DNA of 64,000 nt from Squalus acanthias (taxonomy: Eukaryota). Shown piece by piece: positions 35,751 to 49,404 of this stretch. Under the pieces are notes generated by a model. It saw only the letters and a program-made list of their open reading frames with translations. It was not told the DNA's origin and searched no databases. The translations under genes and the position numbers were made by a program. The DNA is taken from the NCBI GenBank assembly GCA_030390025.1, contig JASTWF010000347.1:248001-312000 (forward strand), written 5' to 3'. Positions within the stretch are counted from its first letter, which is position 1. Each line of letters opens with the position of its first letter.

Positions 35751-38520
35751 CCATTCTCCCCTTGAAAACATTGAGTGTCTCCGCTTCCAACACTTCCGTC
35801 GGCAGCGAATTCCAGGTCATCACTCGCTGCGTAAAAAAGTTTTTCCTCAGCTTAAATCTGTGTCCCCTAGTCCTTGTACCATCAACTAGTGGGAACAGCC
35901 TTTCCCCGTCTAGCCTATCCAAATCCGTCATAATCTTGTACACCTCTATCAAATCACCCCTCAACCTCCTTTGCTCCAATGAAAACAAATCCAGCTTCTC
36001 CAACCTGTTTTTGTAGCTAAGATCCCCCATCCCCAGAACTATTCTGGTAAATCTCCTCTGCACCCTCTCAAAGGGCCTTCACATCCTTCCTAAAGTGTGG
36101 TGACCAGAACTGGACGCAATACTCCAGTTGTGGCCTAACCAGCGCTTTATAAAGGTTCAGCATAACTTCTCTACTTTTGTACTCAATACCTCTATTTATG
36201 AAGCCCAAGATCCCATATGCTTTGCTAACCACTCAATATATCCCGCCACCTTTAGGGACCTATGCACATTAACTCCCAGGTCCCTCTGTCCCTGCACACT
36301 CTTGAAAACTGTGCCATTAAGTGTATATTGCCTCTCCCTGTTCCTTCTGCCAAAATGCATCACCTCACACTTCTCTGTATTAAATTCCATCTGCCACTTG
36401 TCTGCCCATTCTGCTAGCCTTTCTATGTCCTGTTGCAGTTGATTGGTATCATCATCACTGTTTGCAACACCTCCAAGTTTGGTGTCATCGGCAAATTTAG
36501 AAATTCTACACTTTATTCCAATATCCAGGTCATTTATATATATCAAAAAAAGCAGTGGCCCCAGCACTGACCCATGGTGAACACCACTGTCTACCATCCT
36601 CCAGTCTGAATAACAGCCATTACCACAACTCGCTGTTTTCTGTCCTTAAGCCAATTCCTTATCCAAGCTGCCACTGACCCACCTATTCCATGAGCCTCAA
36701 TTTTGTTAACCAGCCTTCTATGTGTTACTTTGTCAAACGCCTTCCTAAAATACATGTAGACAACATCCATTGCATTCTCTTCATCAATCCTCTCTGTTAC
36801 TTCATCAAAAAATTCAATTAGATTAGTCAAACACAATCTGCTTTTTACAAATCCATGTTAATTAGCTTAAACCTCTCCAAGTGCCCGTTAATTTTTTCCT
36901 TGATTATTGTTTCTAAAACTTTACCCACCACTGATGTTAAACTGACCGGCCTGTAGTTACTAGGATTGTCCTTACACCCTTTCTTGAACAATGGTGTCAC
37001 ATTTGCCACTTTCCAATCCTCAGGCACCTCCCCCGCATCTAGGGAAGATTGGAAAATTATGGCAAGCCCTTCCGCTATCTCCTCCCCCAATTCCCTTAGC
37101 AACCTGGGATGCAAGCGACTTGTCCACTCTAAGCATACCCAGCCTTTCTAGTACATCCTGTCCATCAAATTTCACCCCTTCCATTGTTTCTACCTTTTCC
37201 ACTGCTACTGATATTTTGTCAGCATCCACCTCCTTAGTAAACACCGATACAAAGTACTCATTGAGTATTCTAGCCTTGCCCTGCGCCTCTAAGCATATAT
37301 CACCTTCTTTGTCTCTAATAGGCCCCACCCCGCCTCTTACTACCCGCTTACTGTTTACATGCTGGTAGAAGATTTTTGGGTTCCCTTTTATGTTAACCGC
37401 CATTCTACTCTCATTCTCTCTGCCAATCTGATTTTCATCTTCACTTCCCCTCTCAACTTATTGTATTTGGTCTGGTTCTCCCTTGAAGAATTCACCTGAC
37501 ATGCATCATACACCCTCTTTGTTTGTTTCATCAATCTCTCTATCTCCCTCGTCATCCAAGGAGCCCTTGCTTTGATTCCCTTACCCTTCCCTCTTGTTGG
37601 AATGCACCTAGCCTGTACTTGGAACATCTCCTCCTTAAAGATCACCCATTGTTCCGTTACAGTTTTTCCTGTCAGTCTTTGGTTCCATTTTACCTTGGCT
37701 AGATCCTTTCGCATCCCATTGAAGTTAGCCCTATTCCAGTTTAGAAGTTCCACTCTAGATTGTTCCTTGCTCCTCTCCATTGCTAATCTAAATCTTATGA
37801 TACGATGATCACTCATACCCAAGTGTTCTCCCACAGACACTTGGTCGACCTGGCCCACCTCATTCCCCAGCACCAGATCCAGCAATGCCTCCTTCCCAGT
37901 TGGGCCAAGAACATACAGGTCAAGGAAATTCTCCTGAACACATTTCAGAAATTCCTCCCCCTCCTTTCCCTTTACCCTTGCATTATCCCAATCGATATTT
38001 GGGTAATAAAAGTCCCCCAATATCACCACTCTATAGCTCTCGCATATCTCTGCGATTTCCCTGCAGATTTGCTCCTCTACCTCCCTCTCACTATTTGGAG
38101 GCCTATACAATACCCCCAATAGCGTGATCATACCCTTTTTGCTCCTCAACTCTAACCAAATGGATTCTGTCCTTGTCCCCTCAAGAACATCCTCCCTTTC
38201 CAACACTACAATGTCTTCCTTAATCAGCACTGCCTCCCACCTCCCTTTTTTCCTTCCCTATCTTTTCTGAACACCTTGTACCCTTGAATATTAAGTGCCC
38301 AGTCCTCACCGTTTTTAAGCCACGTTTCTGTTATTGCCACAACATCATATTGCCACACGGCTAATTGTGCTTGTAGCTCACCAACCTTATTCACCACACT
38401 TTGTGCGTTTACGTACATGCATTCTAAACCCATTTTTGAATTTTTCGTAGTCTTTCTTAGTCTGCTCCTATCTAATATGATACTACTTTCTTCTCTAGTA
38501 CTACACAACACACTCACTCA
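35751..38520 (-). mobile_element. CR1 ORF2, near complete but frameshifted
   Basis: Endonuclease (YVNAQS, ITETWL, YRPP, SDH) through RT to C-terminus in successive ORFs. Confidence 0.93.
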
Positions 38521-38524
38521 CAAG

Positions 38525-38955
38525 AATGGATGGAAATTCTGCTACAAATAAATCAGTGGGTAGGAGTTACGGGAAGTTTCTTGGAGCGGCAGAAAGTGAG
38601 AAGTGGTGTCCTGCAGGGATCCTTGCTCGGAACAAGGTGCACAGAAGACTGGGAGAGACAAATAGCAGCAGAGTAAAGAACCGTTCAGAAATAGGAGGGA
38701 TCAGACAGGGGCCAGGTTTGAGGCAGTCTAAGATGGAGTTGGAGTGCATGTGTGTAAATGCACGGAGCGTGGTACATAACATTGGTGAACTGCAGGCACA
38801 AGTACCCACATGGGACTATGATATAGTGGCAATAACAGAGAGCTGGCTCAAACAAGGGGAGGATTGGGAACTCGATATTCCTGGCTACAAGGTATTCAGG
38901 AAAGATAGGGAAGGAAAAAAGGAGGTGGCAATATTGATCAAAGAAACTATTAAAA
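38525..38955 (+). mobile_element. CR1 ORF2 5' fragment
   Basis: MELECMCVNARSV...AITESWL...GYKVFRKDR. Confidence 0.85.
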
Positions 38956-38966
38956 AGAAAAAAAAA

Positions 38967-39378
38967 CCTTGCATTTCTATAGCGCCTTTCACGACTACCG
39001 GACGTCCCAAAGCGCTTTACAGCCAATGAAGTACTTTTTGGAATGTAGTCACTGTTGTAATGTGGGAAACGTTGCGCACAGCAAGCTCCCACAAACAGCA
39101 ATGTGATAATGACCAGATAATCTGTTTTTGTGATGTTGATTGAGGGATAAATATTGACCAGGACACCGGGGATAACTCCCCTGCTCTTCTTCGAAATAGT
39201 GCTATGGGATCTTTTACATCCACCTGCGAGAGCAGACGGGGCCTCGGTTTAACGTCTCATCAGAAAGACAGCACCTCTGACAGTGCAGCACTCCCTTTTT
39301 GTGCTCAAATCCCTGGAGTGGGACTTGAACCCACCACATTCTGACTCAGAGACGAGGGAGCTGCCCACTGAGCCACAG
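38967..39378 (-). mobile_element. Deu-SINE (SacSINE1-like); further 3' fragments at ~39795-39990 (+), ~28208-28280 (+) and ~60995-61192 (-)
   Basis: Homology to 19351-19806. Confidence 0.85.
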
Positions 39379-40387
39379 AGAGACCAGAGCTGGAGGATTG
39401 GGCCCTGATGTCTTCACTTGTTCATCTTGTTGACTCTGAATTGGAGTCTTGTGGTTTCAGACACCAGATAATCAACAGATTGTCTTTTACTGACTTTATT
39501 AACAGCACTGCAAAAATACAGACATATAGTTACCCGATCCGGAGAACAGGGATAATACAGCGGATTCAGAGCTCTCTTCTCCACAGGTCTGTTCTAACAA
39601 GCTGCGACTACACTGGCGATATTTATATTTCACTTGTTTACTACATTATTGACCTGGCCCTGCCCAAACCATAACCACAAGGATATCTGTGCATTGTTCT
39701 GACTGTGACCACAAGGCTGTGTCACTATCTCACACACACACCGTTTCCTTCTTTCACATCTCCATACACAGACCATCTCTTCACACATCCCCTTCCATCC
39801 TCAATCAACGTCAGTAAAGAACACATGATCTGGTCAATATCACATTGCTGTTTGTGGGAGCTTGCTGTGTGCAAATTGGCTGCTGATTTTCCTACATTAG
39901 AACAGTGACTACACTTCAAAAGTACTTCCTTGTCTGTAAAGCGCTTTGGGACGTACTGAGGTTGTGAAAGGTGCGATAGAAATACAAGCCTTTTTCCTTG
40001 GATAACAGCAATAGTTACACTGGGATAAATCTTCAGTCATTTTCTATTACAGGCTCTCTGGAAGGTGTGGGGAGCTGGGACTTGAGAATAACTGAAGGTG
40101 TTAGAACTGAGATAATCTGGAGTTAGAAAGGAGAAAAGGCCCAAGAATGGAGCAGTCGGTAACAGGACATCAATTAGTCTCCTCTTATCTCAGAGACATC
40201 AAGCACTCGATCCACTGAGTGTTTGAAACAAAGCTGAATTATTGACATTTGTTCAGAATATTAATCGCCAGCCCAGTTATAGGAGTTATTTACATAAGAA
40301 ACAAACCCCAACTGTCAGAATGAACATGGTTCAGTCCTGGATGTGATTAACAGCAGCAACAGCAGAAGAATCCAACCCCTGCTGTCA

Positions 40388-43300
40388 TAAGAACATAAGA
40401 AATAGGAGCAGGAATAGGCCACTTGGCACCTTGAGCCTGCTCCACCATTCAATGAGATCATGGCTGATCTTGGGCTCAAAGCCACTTCCCTGCCAGTCCC
40501 CCATAACCCTTCACTCCCTTATCTTGAAAAAATTTGTCTATCTCCACTTTAAATGTATTTAATGACCCAGCCTCCACAGCTCTCTGGGGCAGAGAATTCC
40601 ACAGATTTACGACCCTCTGAGAGAAGAAATTCCTCCTCATCTCAGTTCTAAAAGGGCGACCCTTTATTCTAAAACTGTGCCCCCGAGTTCTAGATTTCCC
40701 CACGAGGGGAAACATCCTCTCTGGACTTGTCGAGCCCCCTCAGTATCTTATATGTTTCAATAAGATCACCTCTCATTCTTCTAAATTCCAATGAGTATAG
40801 GCCCAACCTGCTCAACCTTTCCTCATAAGTCAACCCCCTCATCTCTGGAATTAACCTAGTGAATCGTCTCTGAACTGCCTCCAATGCAAGTATATCCTTC
40901 CTTAAATAAGGAGACCAAAACTGTACGCAGTACTCAAGGTGTGGTCTCACCAATACCTTGCACAGTTGTAGCAGGCCTTCCCTGCTTTTATACTCCAACC
41001 CCCTTGAAATAAAGGCCAACATTCCACTTGCCTTTTTGATTACTTGCTGTACCTGCATGCTAACTTTTTGTGTTTCATGCACAAGGACCCCCAGGTCCCT
41101 CTGAACTGTAGCATTTTGTAATCTCTCTCCATTTAAATAATAATTTGCTTTTTTATTTTTCCTGCCAAAGTGGATAACCTCGCACTTTCCCACATTATGC
41201 TCCATCTGCCAAATGTTTGCCCACTCACTTAGCCTGTCTATATCCCTTTGCAGATTCTTTGAGTCCTCTGCACAACTTGCTTTCCCACCCATCTTTGTAT
41301 CATCCACAAACTTGGCTACATTACACTCAGTCCCTTCATTCAAGTCATTAATGTAGATTGTAAATAGTTGGGGCCCCAGCACCGATCCCTGTGGCACCCC
41401 ACTAGTTACCGTTTGCCAACCGGAAAATGACCCATTTATCCCGACTCTCTGCTTTCTGTTAGTTAGCCAATTCTCTATCCATGCTAATATATTACCCCCA
41501 ACTCCGTGAGCTCTTATCTTATGCAGTAACCTTTTATGTGGCACCTTATCGAATGCCTTCTGGAAATCCAAATGCACCACATCCACTGGCTCACCTTTGT
41601 CCACCCTGCTTGTTACATCCTCAAAGAACTCCAGCAAATTTGTTAAACATGATTTCCCTTTCATAAAACCATGCTGACTCTGCTTGACTGCATTATGATT
41701 TTCCAAATGCCCTGCTACTGCTTCCTTAATGAAGGACTCCAGCATTTTCCCAACGACAGACTTTAGGCTAACTGGTCTATAGTTTCCTGCTTTCTGTCTC
41801 CCTCCTTTCTTAAATAGGGGTGTTACATTTGCAGTTTTCCAATCTGCTGGGACCTCTCCAGAGTCCAGGGAATTTTGGTATATTGCAACCAATGCATCCA
41901 CTATCTCTGCAGCCACTTCTTTTAAGACCCTGGGATGCAGGCCATGGTCCAGGGGACTTGTCATCTTTTAGTCCCATTATTTTACCAAGTACTTTTTCCT
42001 TAGTGATAGTGATTGTCTTTAGTTCCCCCCTCCCTGTGGCCCCTTGATTATCCATTATTGGGATGTTGTTAGTGTCTTCTACCGTGAAGACAGATACAAA
42101 ATATTTGTTCAGAGTCTCTGCCATTTCCCCGTTCCCCATTATTAATTCCCCAGTCTCATCCTCTAAGGGACCAACGTTTACTTTAGCTACTCTCTTCCTT
42201 TTTATATACCTGTAGAAGCTCTTACTATCTGTTTTAATATTTCTTGCTAGTTTACTCTCATAATTCATCTTCTCTCTTTTTATTATTTTTTTGTCATCCT
42301 TTGCTGGTTAGCCACGGATGGTGCTCCCTTCTCTTAAAATCTTTCTTTCTCACTGGAATATATTTTTGTTGAGAGTTATAAAATATCTCCTTAAATGTTC
42401 GCCACTGCATTTCAACTGTCTTACCCTTTAATTTATTTTTCCAGTCCACTTTAGCCAGTTCTGCCCTCATGCCATTGTAATTGCCCTTGTTTAAGATCAG
42501 GACACTGGTTTGAGATACAACTTTCTCACCCTTCAACTGAATTTGAAATTCAACCATGCTATGATCACTCTTTCCTTGAGGATCCTCTACTATGAGATCA
42601 TTTATTAATTCTGTCTCATTACACAGTACCAGATCCAAGATAGCCTGCTCCCTGGTTGGTTCCATTACATACTGTTCTGGGAAACTATCCCAGATACAGT
42701 CCATGAACTATAGTGAGGTGACCAGAACTGCACACTGTTTGTGATTTTTATCAATGACTTGGAGGAGGGGACTGAAGGGTGGATCAGTAAATTTGCTGAT
42801 GACACCAAGATTGGTGGAGCAGTGGATGAGGTGGAGGGCTGTTGTAGGCTGCAAAGAGACATTGATAGGATGCAGAGCTGGGCCGAAAAATGGCAGATGG
42901 AATTTAACCCTGTTAAGTGCGAGGTGATTCATTTTGGTAGGGCAAATTTGAATAAGGATTACAGGGTCAACGGCAGGGTTCTGAGGAACGTGGAGGAGCA
43001 GAGGGATCTGGGGGTTCATATCCACAGATCTCTGAAGGTTGCCACTCAAGTGGATAGAGCAGTAAAGAAGGCCTATGGTGTGTTGGCGTTTATTAACAGA
43101 GGTTTTGAGTTTAAGAACCGTGAGGTTATGCTGCAACTGTACAGGACCTTGGTGAGACCACATTTGGAATATTGTGTGCAGTTCTGGTCACCTCACTATA
43201 GGAAGGACGTGGAAGCATTGGAAAGAGTGCAAAGGAGATTTACCAGGATGCTGCCTGGTTTGGGGGGGGAGGTCTTATGAGGAAAGATTGAGGGAGTTGG

Positions 43301-46161
43301 GGCTTTTCTCTTTAGAGCGGAGGAGGATGAGAGGCGACTTAATAGAGGTTTATAAGATGATGAGGGGGATAGATAGAGTGGATGTTCAGAGACTATTTCC
43401 TCGGGTAGAGGCAGCTGTTACAAGGGGGCATAACTATAAGGTGCATGGGGGGAGATATAGAAGGGATGTCCGAGGTAGATTCTTTACTCAGAGAGTGGTT
43501 GGGGTGTGGAATGGACTGCCTGCTGTGATAGTGGAGTCGGACACTTTAGGAACTTTCAAGCGGTTATTGGATAAGCACATGGAGCACACCAGAGTGATAG
43601 GGAGTGTGATAGCTTGATCTTGGTCTCGTAAATGCTCGGCACAACATCGAGGGCCGAAGGGCCTGTACTGTGCTGTACTGTTCTATGTTCTATGAACTCC
43701 TCCTCAAGGCTACCATGGCCAATTTGATTAGTCCAATCAATATGGAGATTAAAATCACCCACGATTATTGCCGTACCTTTTTTACAGGCCTCCATTATTT
43801 GTTGATTTATACTCTGTCCAACAGTATTGCTACTGTTCGGGGGCCTGTAGACTACGCCCACCAGAGACTTTTTCCCTTTATTATTTTTTATCTCCACCCA
43901 AACCGATTCTACATCTTGATCTTCTGAGCCAGTATCACTTCTCACCACTGCACTGATCCCATCCTTTACCAACAAAGCCACCCCACCTCCCTTTCCTTTC
44001 TGTCTATCCTTCCGAATTGTCAAATACCCTGGAATATTCAGTTCCCAGCCCAGGTCACCTTGCAACCACGTCTCTGTAATGGCGATCAGATCATACCCAT
44101 TTGTATCTATCTGTGCCGTCAACTCATCTATCTTGTTACAAATGCTGCGTGCATTCAGATAAAGAGCTTTTAACTTTGTCTGTTTACCATTTCTCCTTGT
44201 TTTGGCCCATTTTCTGTTGCACTCTTATTTTTAAACATTCTGTCCCTTCCTGTCACACTGGTTATTATTTCCCCCATCTCTATTGTTTTCTCGTTTCTCA
44301 TTGACATTTTAAATTCCCGCTCACCTGGATCCTCCCCCCCACTCTTTAGTTTAAAGCCCTCTCTACAGCCCTAGTTATTCGATTCGCCAGGACTCTAGCC
44401 CCAGCATGGTTCAAGTGAAGCCCGTCCAAACGGAACAGCTCCCTCTTATCCCAGTACTGGTGCCAGTGCCCCACAAATCGAAACCCATTTCTCCCACACC
44501 AGTCTTTGAGGCACTCGTTCATTTCTCTGATCTTATCTGGTCCAAAAATGTGTGGGTTAGGTTGATTTGGCTATGATAAATTGACCCTTAGTGTTAGGGG
44601 GGATTAAATATGTGGGGTTATGGGGATAGGATGGGATATGTTAGGGGGAATTAAATACGTGGGGTTACGGGGGTAGGGTGGGATATGTGTACTGTGGGGA
44701 TTAAAGCAGGGACAGGGTACTGGATTTGGATGATCAGCCATGATCGTATTGAATGGCGGAGCAGGCTCGACGGGCCGAATGGCCTACTCCTGCTCCTAGA
44801 TTCTATGTTTCTATGTTTCTATTTTACCCTATTCAAATTCGCTCGTGGCTCAGGTAGTAATCCAGAGATTATTACCTTTGTGGTTCTGCTTTTTAATTTA
44901 GACCCTAGCTGCTCATACTCTCTCAGCAGAACCCCTTTCTTTGTCCTACCTATGTCATTGTGGTCCATGACAACTGGATCTTCCCCCTCCCACTCCAAGT
45001 TCCTCTCCAGCCCAGAGTAGATGTCCTTAACCCTGGCACCGGGCAGGCAACACAGCCTTCGGGACTCACGCTCTCGGCTGCAGAGAACAGTATCTATCCC
45101 CCTAACTATACTGTCCCCTATCACTACAACATTTCTTTTTACTCCCCCCACTTGAATGGCTCCCTGTACCACGGTGCTGTGGTCAGATTGCTCATCCTCC
45201 CTGCAGTCCCTGCATTCGTCCACACAGGGAGCAAGAATCTCGTACCTGTTGGACAAGGCCAAGGGCAGAGGCTCCTCCATCACTACCTCCTGGATCCCAA
45301 TACCTGCCTCGCTTGTAGTCACACCCTCCTGTCCCTGACCATGGGCCAAATTGGAAGTAATTACTCTAGTGGGTGTGACTGCCTCCTGGAACTTAGTGTC
45401 CAGGTAACGCTTCCCCTCCCTAATGTGTCGCAATGTCTGAAGCTCGGACTCCAGCTCATCAAATCTGAGCCGAAGTTTCTCGAGCAGCCAACATTTGCTG
45501 CAGATGTGGTCACCGTGGACCTCAGTGGTGTCCCCCAGCTCCCACATGCAGCAACAACACATTGCCTGGTCTCCCATCTCAATTAATTAATTCATTCATT
45601 AGTTTTAAAATTTGGAACACGTGTATCTTTTAATCTACACCAAGGCACTTAAATTTAGACGCCCAAGTTTGGAAAAAAGTAAGAAATATAGAAATACTCA
45701 CAAACCAATCACTTACCTGCTTTCTGGTGACATCACACGTCAATTACTTTTCAGTTCTTTACACTCACCGGTCGGTTGTATCGGCTCCCAGCTCGGGTCC
45801 TGCTCAACCCCGCAGCCTCTGCCGCGCTCCCAGCTCGGGTCCGCAGCCCCTGGTCTCGGGTCCCGCTCGGGTCCGCAGCCTCTGCTCTCGGGTCTCCTCT
45901 GCCGCGCTCTTTATCTCTCTCTCGCTCCCAGCTCGGGTCCGCAGCCCCTGCTCTCGGCTCTCCTCTGCCGCGCTCTTTATCTCTCTCTCGCTCCCAGCTC
46001 GGGTCCGCAGCCCCTGCTCTCGGCTCTCCTCTGCCGCGCTCTTTATCTCTCTCTCGCTCCCAGCTCGGGTCCACAGTCCCTGCTCTCGGCTCTCCTCTGC
46101 CGCGCTCTTTATCTCTCTCTCGCTCCCAGCTCGGGTCCTGCTCAGGTCCGCAGCCTCTGCT
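40388..46161 (-). mobile_element. Full-length CR1 LINE (tandem-repeat 5' UTR, ORF1, ORF2, tail) with nested CR1 (~42708-43692, +) and HE1/CR1 fragments (~44538-44820)
   Basis: ORF1 44819..45577 (Cys-rich N-terminus, coiled coil, VIGDSIVRG esterase); ORF2 pieces from 44122 to 40476; (cataagaa)n tail; ZNF sequence flanks both ends. Confidence 0.93.
45784..46161. repeat. 66-bp GC-rich tandem repeat forming the CR1 5' UTR
   Basis: ctcgctcccagctcgggtcc recurs at 45921, 45987, 46053 and 46119. Confidence 0.9.
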
Positions 46162-46242
46162 CTTGTGAACTCGCTGGTGTGTCAGCAGGTGGGATGACTG
46201 AGTGAATCCCTTCCCACAAATGGAGCAGGTGAATGGCCTCTC

Positions 46243-46749
46243 CTAAATGTGCACACGCTGGTGTCTCAGCAGATCGGATGAACGATTGAATCCTTTCCCA
46301 CACACGGAGCAGATAAACGGCCTCTCCCCAGTGTGAACTCGCCGGTGTGTCAGAAAGTGGGATGAAGAATTGAATCCCTTCCCGCACACGGAGCAGGTGA
46401 ACGGCCTCTCCCCAGTGTGAACTCGCTGGTGTTTGATGAGCTGGGATGAGGAAGTAAATCTCTTTCCACACATAGAACAGGTTAACGGCCTCTCCCCAGT
46501 GTGAACTCGCTGGTGTTTGATGAGCTGGGATGAGGAAGTAAATCTCTTTCCACACATAGAACAGGTGAATGGCCTCTCCCCAGTGTGAACCCGTTGGTGT
46601 GTCAGCAGTTGGGATGACTGAGCGAATCCCTTCCCACACACGGAGCAGGTGAACGGCCTCTCCTCGGTGTGAGTGCGTCGATGAGTTTCAAGTAGCAATG
46701 GGTAATTGAATCCCTTCGCACAGTCCTCACATTTCCACGGTTTCTCCGT
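46243..46749 (-). CDS. C2H2 ZNF unit D, 6 fingers, ACG-opened frame, premature TAG before a 7th finger
   Basis: Linker cac-att-TAG-gag-agg; finger 7 at 46162-46235; its 3' UTR is displaced to ~40230-40387 by the CR1; possibly a pseudogene. Confidence 0.6.
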   Translation of the reverse strand, partial: TEKPWKCEDCAKGFNYPLLLETHRRTHTEERPFTCSVCGKGFAQSSQLLTHQRVHTGERPFTCSMCGKRFTSSSQLIKHQRVHTGERPLTCSMCGKRFTSSSQLIKHQRVHTGERPFTCSVCGKGFNSSSHFLTHRRVHTGERPFICSVCGKGFNRSSDLLRHQRVHI

Positions 46750-47389
46750 GGTGCGGGTGCCCTTGTGTCTCTCCAGGTTGGACGATCAGTTGAAGCCTCG
46801 TCCACACACAGAACACGTGTACAGTTTCTCCCCGCTGTGGATGGTGCGATGTTTTTTCAGGCTGTGTAACTGGTTAAAGCTCTTTCCACAGTCAGTGCAC
46901 TGGAACACTCTCACTCGGGTGTGTGTGTCTCGGTGCTTTTCCAGTCACACTGATGTTTGAAATCTTTCCTGTCAGACACAACAGACAAACATTTCTCCTT
47001 CCAGATTCAAAAGTCGATATTCAGGTCCTGATGAATGGAGTGACTCTGTCAGATCGTGACGTGATGTTTGGATTGAGTTTCCTGTCTCTAAATCTTCCTC
47101 TTCTAATACCCTGTAAAAGGAGTTTACAAAAGTCATCACTGTAAGTACAGGATAGAAATTCAGAACAGACAATTCTAGTTTCTATGGAACATTCTTTCCT
47201 CTCTTGTTCCCCCAAAGCTGTAAATCCCCGTCCCACACACTCTCCCTCCTCCCTGTGCTGAAATCCAAACCCATCGCACCATCTCCAACATTTCTTTCCT
47301 CCACTCCCAGTTTTCTCCCTCCCTCTACTCTGGTTGGGTTCAGTTCTACACCCGCTGTGTGCAGAGTGAGAATAAAATCAATGAGTCAA

Positions 47390-47900
47390 TGATTGTCTCT
47401 CCTGGTCACTGGGACCCTGAAGCCCCGCCCACTCTTTGTTCCTGTACCAAGATGGCCGCGCATGCGCCGTGATACACAGGAAACCGTGCTGTCCCTCCCT
47501 CCCCTACCAAGATGGCGACAGGTATCTCGCTCTCTCTCCCCTCCCCCCAATCAACCCGGGCCTGTCACCGAGAAAAAGCCTCACCGCTGCCGTCCGGCGG
47601 AACACAGACCGGGCCGCGGGATCTCATTCGGGCCTGAGGCCGTTCTCCAGCTTTATAAACCCTGCGGCGCGGCCTACCCGCAGTTTATTAATCTCCCGAC
47701 CCCGCTCCCGCCGACCTGCAGCTCAGCCCGGCGACCGCGCGGAGCCTGTCCCGCGCCTGCGCACTGGGCTTCTGTGACAGGACGGATTCCCCCGCGCCTG
47801 CGCGCTGGGCTCCTGTGACAGTGCGGATTCCCCCGCGCCTGCGCACTGGGCTCCTGTGACAGGTCGGATTCTCCTGCGCCTGCGCATTCTGGGCAATAAT
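47390..47900 (-). promoter_or_regulatory. CpG promoter of unit D including a 41-bp tandem repeat (47750-47892)
   Basis: caagatggc (YY1-like) twice, gcgcatgcgc, ccccgccc and repeated cgcgcctgcgca. Confidence 0.75.
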
Positions 47901-48894
47901 CTCTGCCATTGAAGGTCATTAATTGGAGATTTCACTGATCGCAGTGAGATGGAGGCGGAGCGGGAATGGATCAAATGGACAGAAACACAAGCGGCCATTA
48001 ATGATCAGAATCAAAGAGACTGGGCTGTCTCTCCCCCCTCTCCATCCCTAGCAATCTGCATCTGAACACCTCACTCATTCTTAAAGGGACAGTAGGGGCT
48101 CTGTCTCTGTGGAGTTGGCAGTTAAAGGGACCCACACAGCTTCACCTTTCTGTGTGTTGTGTTTTTTTTGGTAGTTAAAGGCAAGGTGCCACTGCCTGCA
48201 GGAGTGAGGTAGATTTTTAAAGAGACACACCTGCCGCCAATTTACGCCGGCGTGTTTCGAGCCGTGCGAGAGGCGGGACACTTCAGTATCATATTTAAGT
48301 CTGACTCCCATCGTGCAATTGGGAGCCTGATTTAAATTTAATAGTTGCCGGCCTGCTTTCCCAGGGCTCGGGAAACCCGGCAGCGAAATGCAGGCTCCAG
48401 AAGCGAACAGCATTTTTTTGGCACTCCTTGTGGGCCAGGAGGAGCAGGAATGTTCCCCCAGGAAGTCTTCAGCCGCCCTTCCGCCGATCCTGGTCTCTCC
48501 TCTGTAAGGTGTTTGTTTTTACTCTCTGAACTCTTTAGGGTAATCAGAGATGACATCAAACGAGACTTTATACTTTTCTAATAGTTTTATTAACATTAAA
48601 ACAGTACAGGTTTACAGAGAGCGATGCATACAACCTTTAAATCAGTAATAAAATTCGAAACTCCGAATGGCCGATTCTTCTGCTTCGTGAACACTGGAAG
48701 GTTAATTCTCTGCCAACATCTTGCGTGGTAAGAGGTTAATAATCCACCGACTTCCTGCGTCACGTTCTTCTGGTCTGACTCATGCTGAGCCCTGGCCGGG
48801 CTCACGGACTGTCTCTTGGACCATTCTTGCTGACAATAATAACCCCTCTCAGTAATGTTACACAGGCTGGTGTTACCAAACAGCACCGGGTGTT

Positions 48895-49035
48895 TCCCAT
48901 GGTACCGATACTAGCTTTTTAATTCCAGATTTATTTAATTAACTGAATTTAAATCCCCCAGCTGCTGTGGTGGGATTTGAACTCGGGTCTCCGGATTACT
49001 GGTCCGGTAACATAACCAATATGCTACCGTACCCC
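48895..49035 (-). mobile_element. 5' head fragment of the tRNA-SINE seen at 62398-62882
   Basis: gtggtgggatttgaactc...ggattact homology. Confidence 0.65.
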
Positions 49036-49404
49036 TAAAAGTCTACTTGTGATTACCACCATTCAGAGCTTGTCCTCGAGTTATAGAACAGACTTTCTCC
49101 TGTCAATATAGAGCTGGAGGATTGGGCCATGATCTGCTTACTTGTTCATCATTTGAACAATAAATTTGCTGAATGGATTTATATGTAAAACAAGGTTTGC
49201 AGGCGTGATGGTCTATTCACACATCAAAGGTGAAAGAGGGGATTATTGACATCAGAAACAAACCCCCAACTACCAGAATGAAGAGATTCAGTCCCTATCT
49301 ATGTAGCCCCCAATTCTGCCCTCTTTCACATTCCTGATTTTTATTGCCCCACCATTGGCGGCTGTGCCTTCAGCTGCCTTGGCCCCAAGCTCTGGATTTC
49401 CCTC

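Noticed and set aside
45612..46205. Repetitive ORFs of 130-197 aa
   Set aside because: Produced by the 66-bp tandem repeat in the CR1 5' UTR
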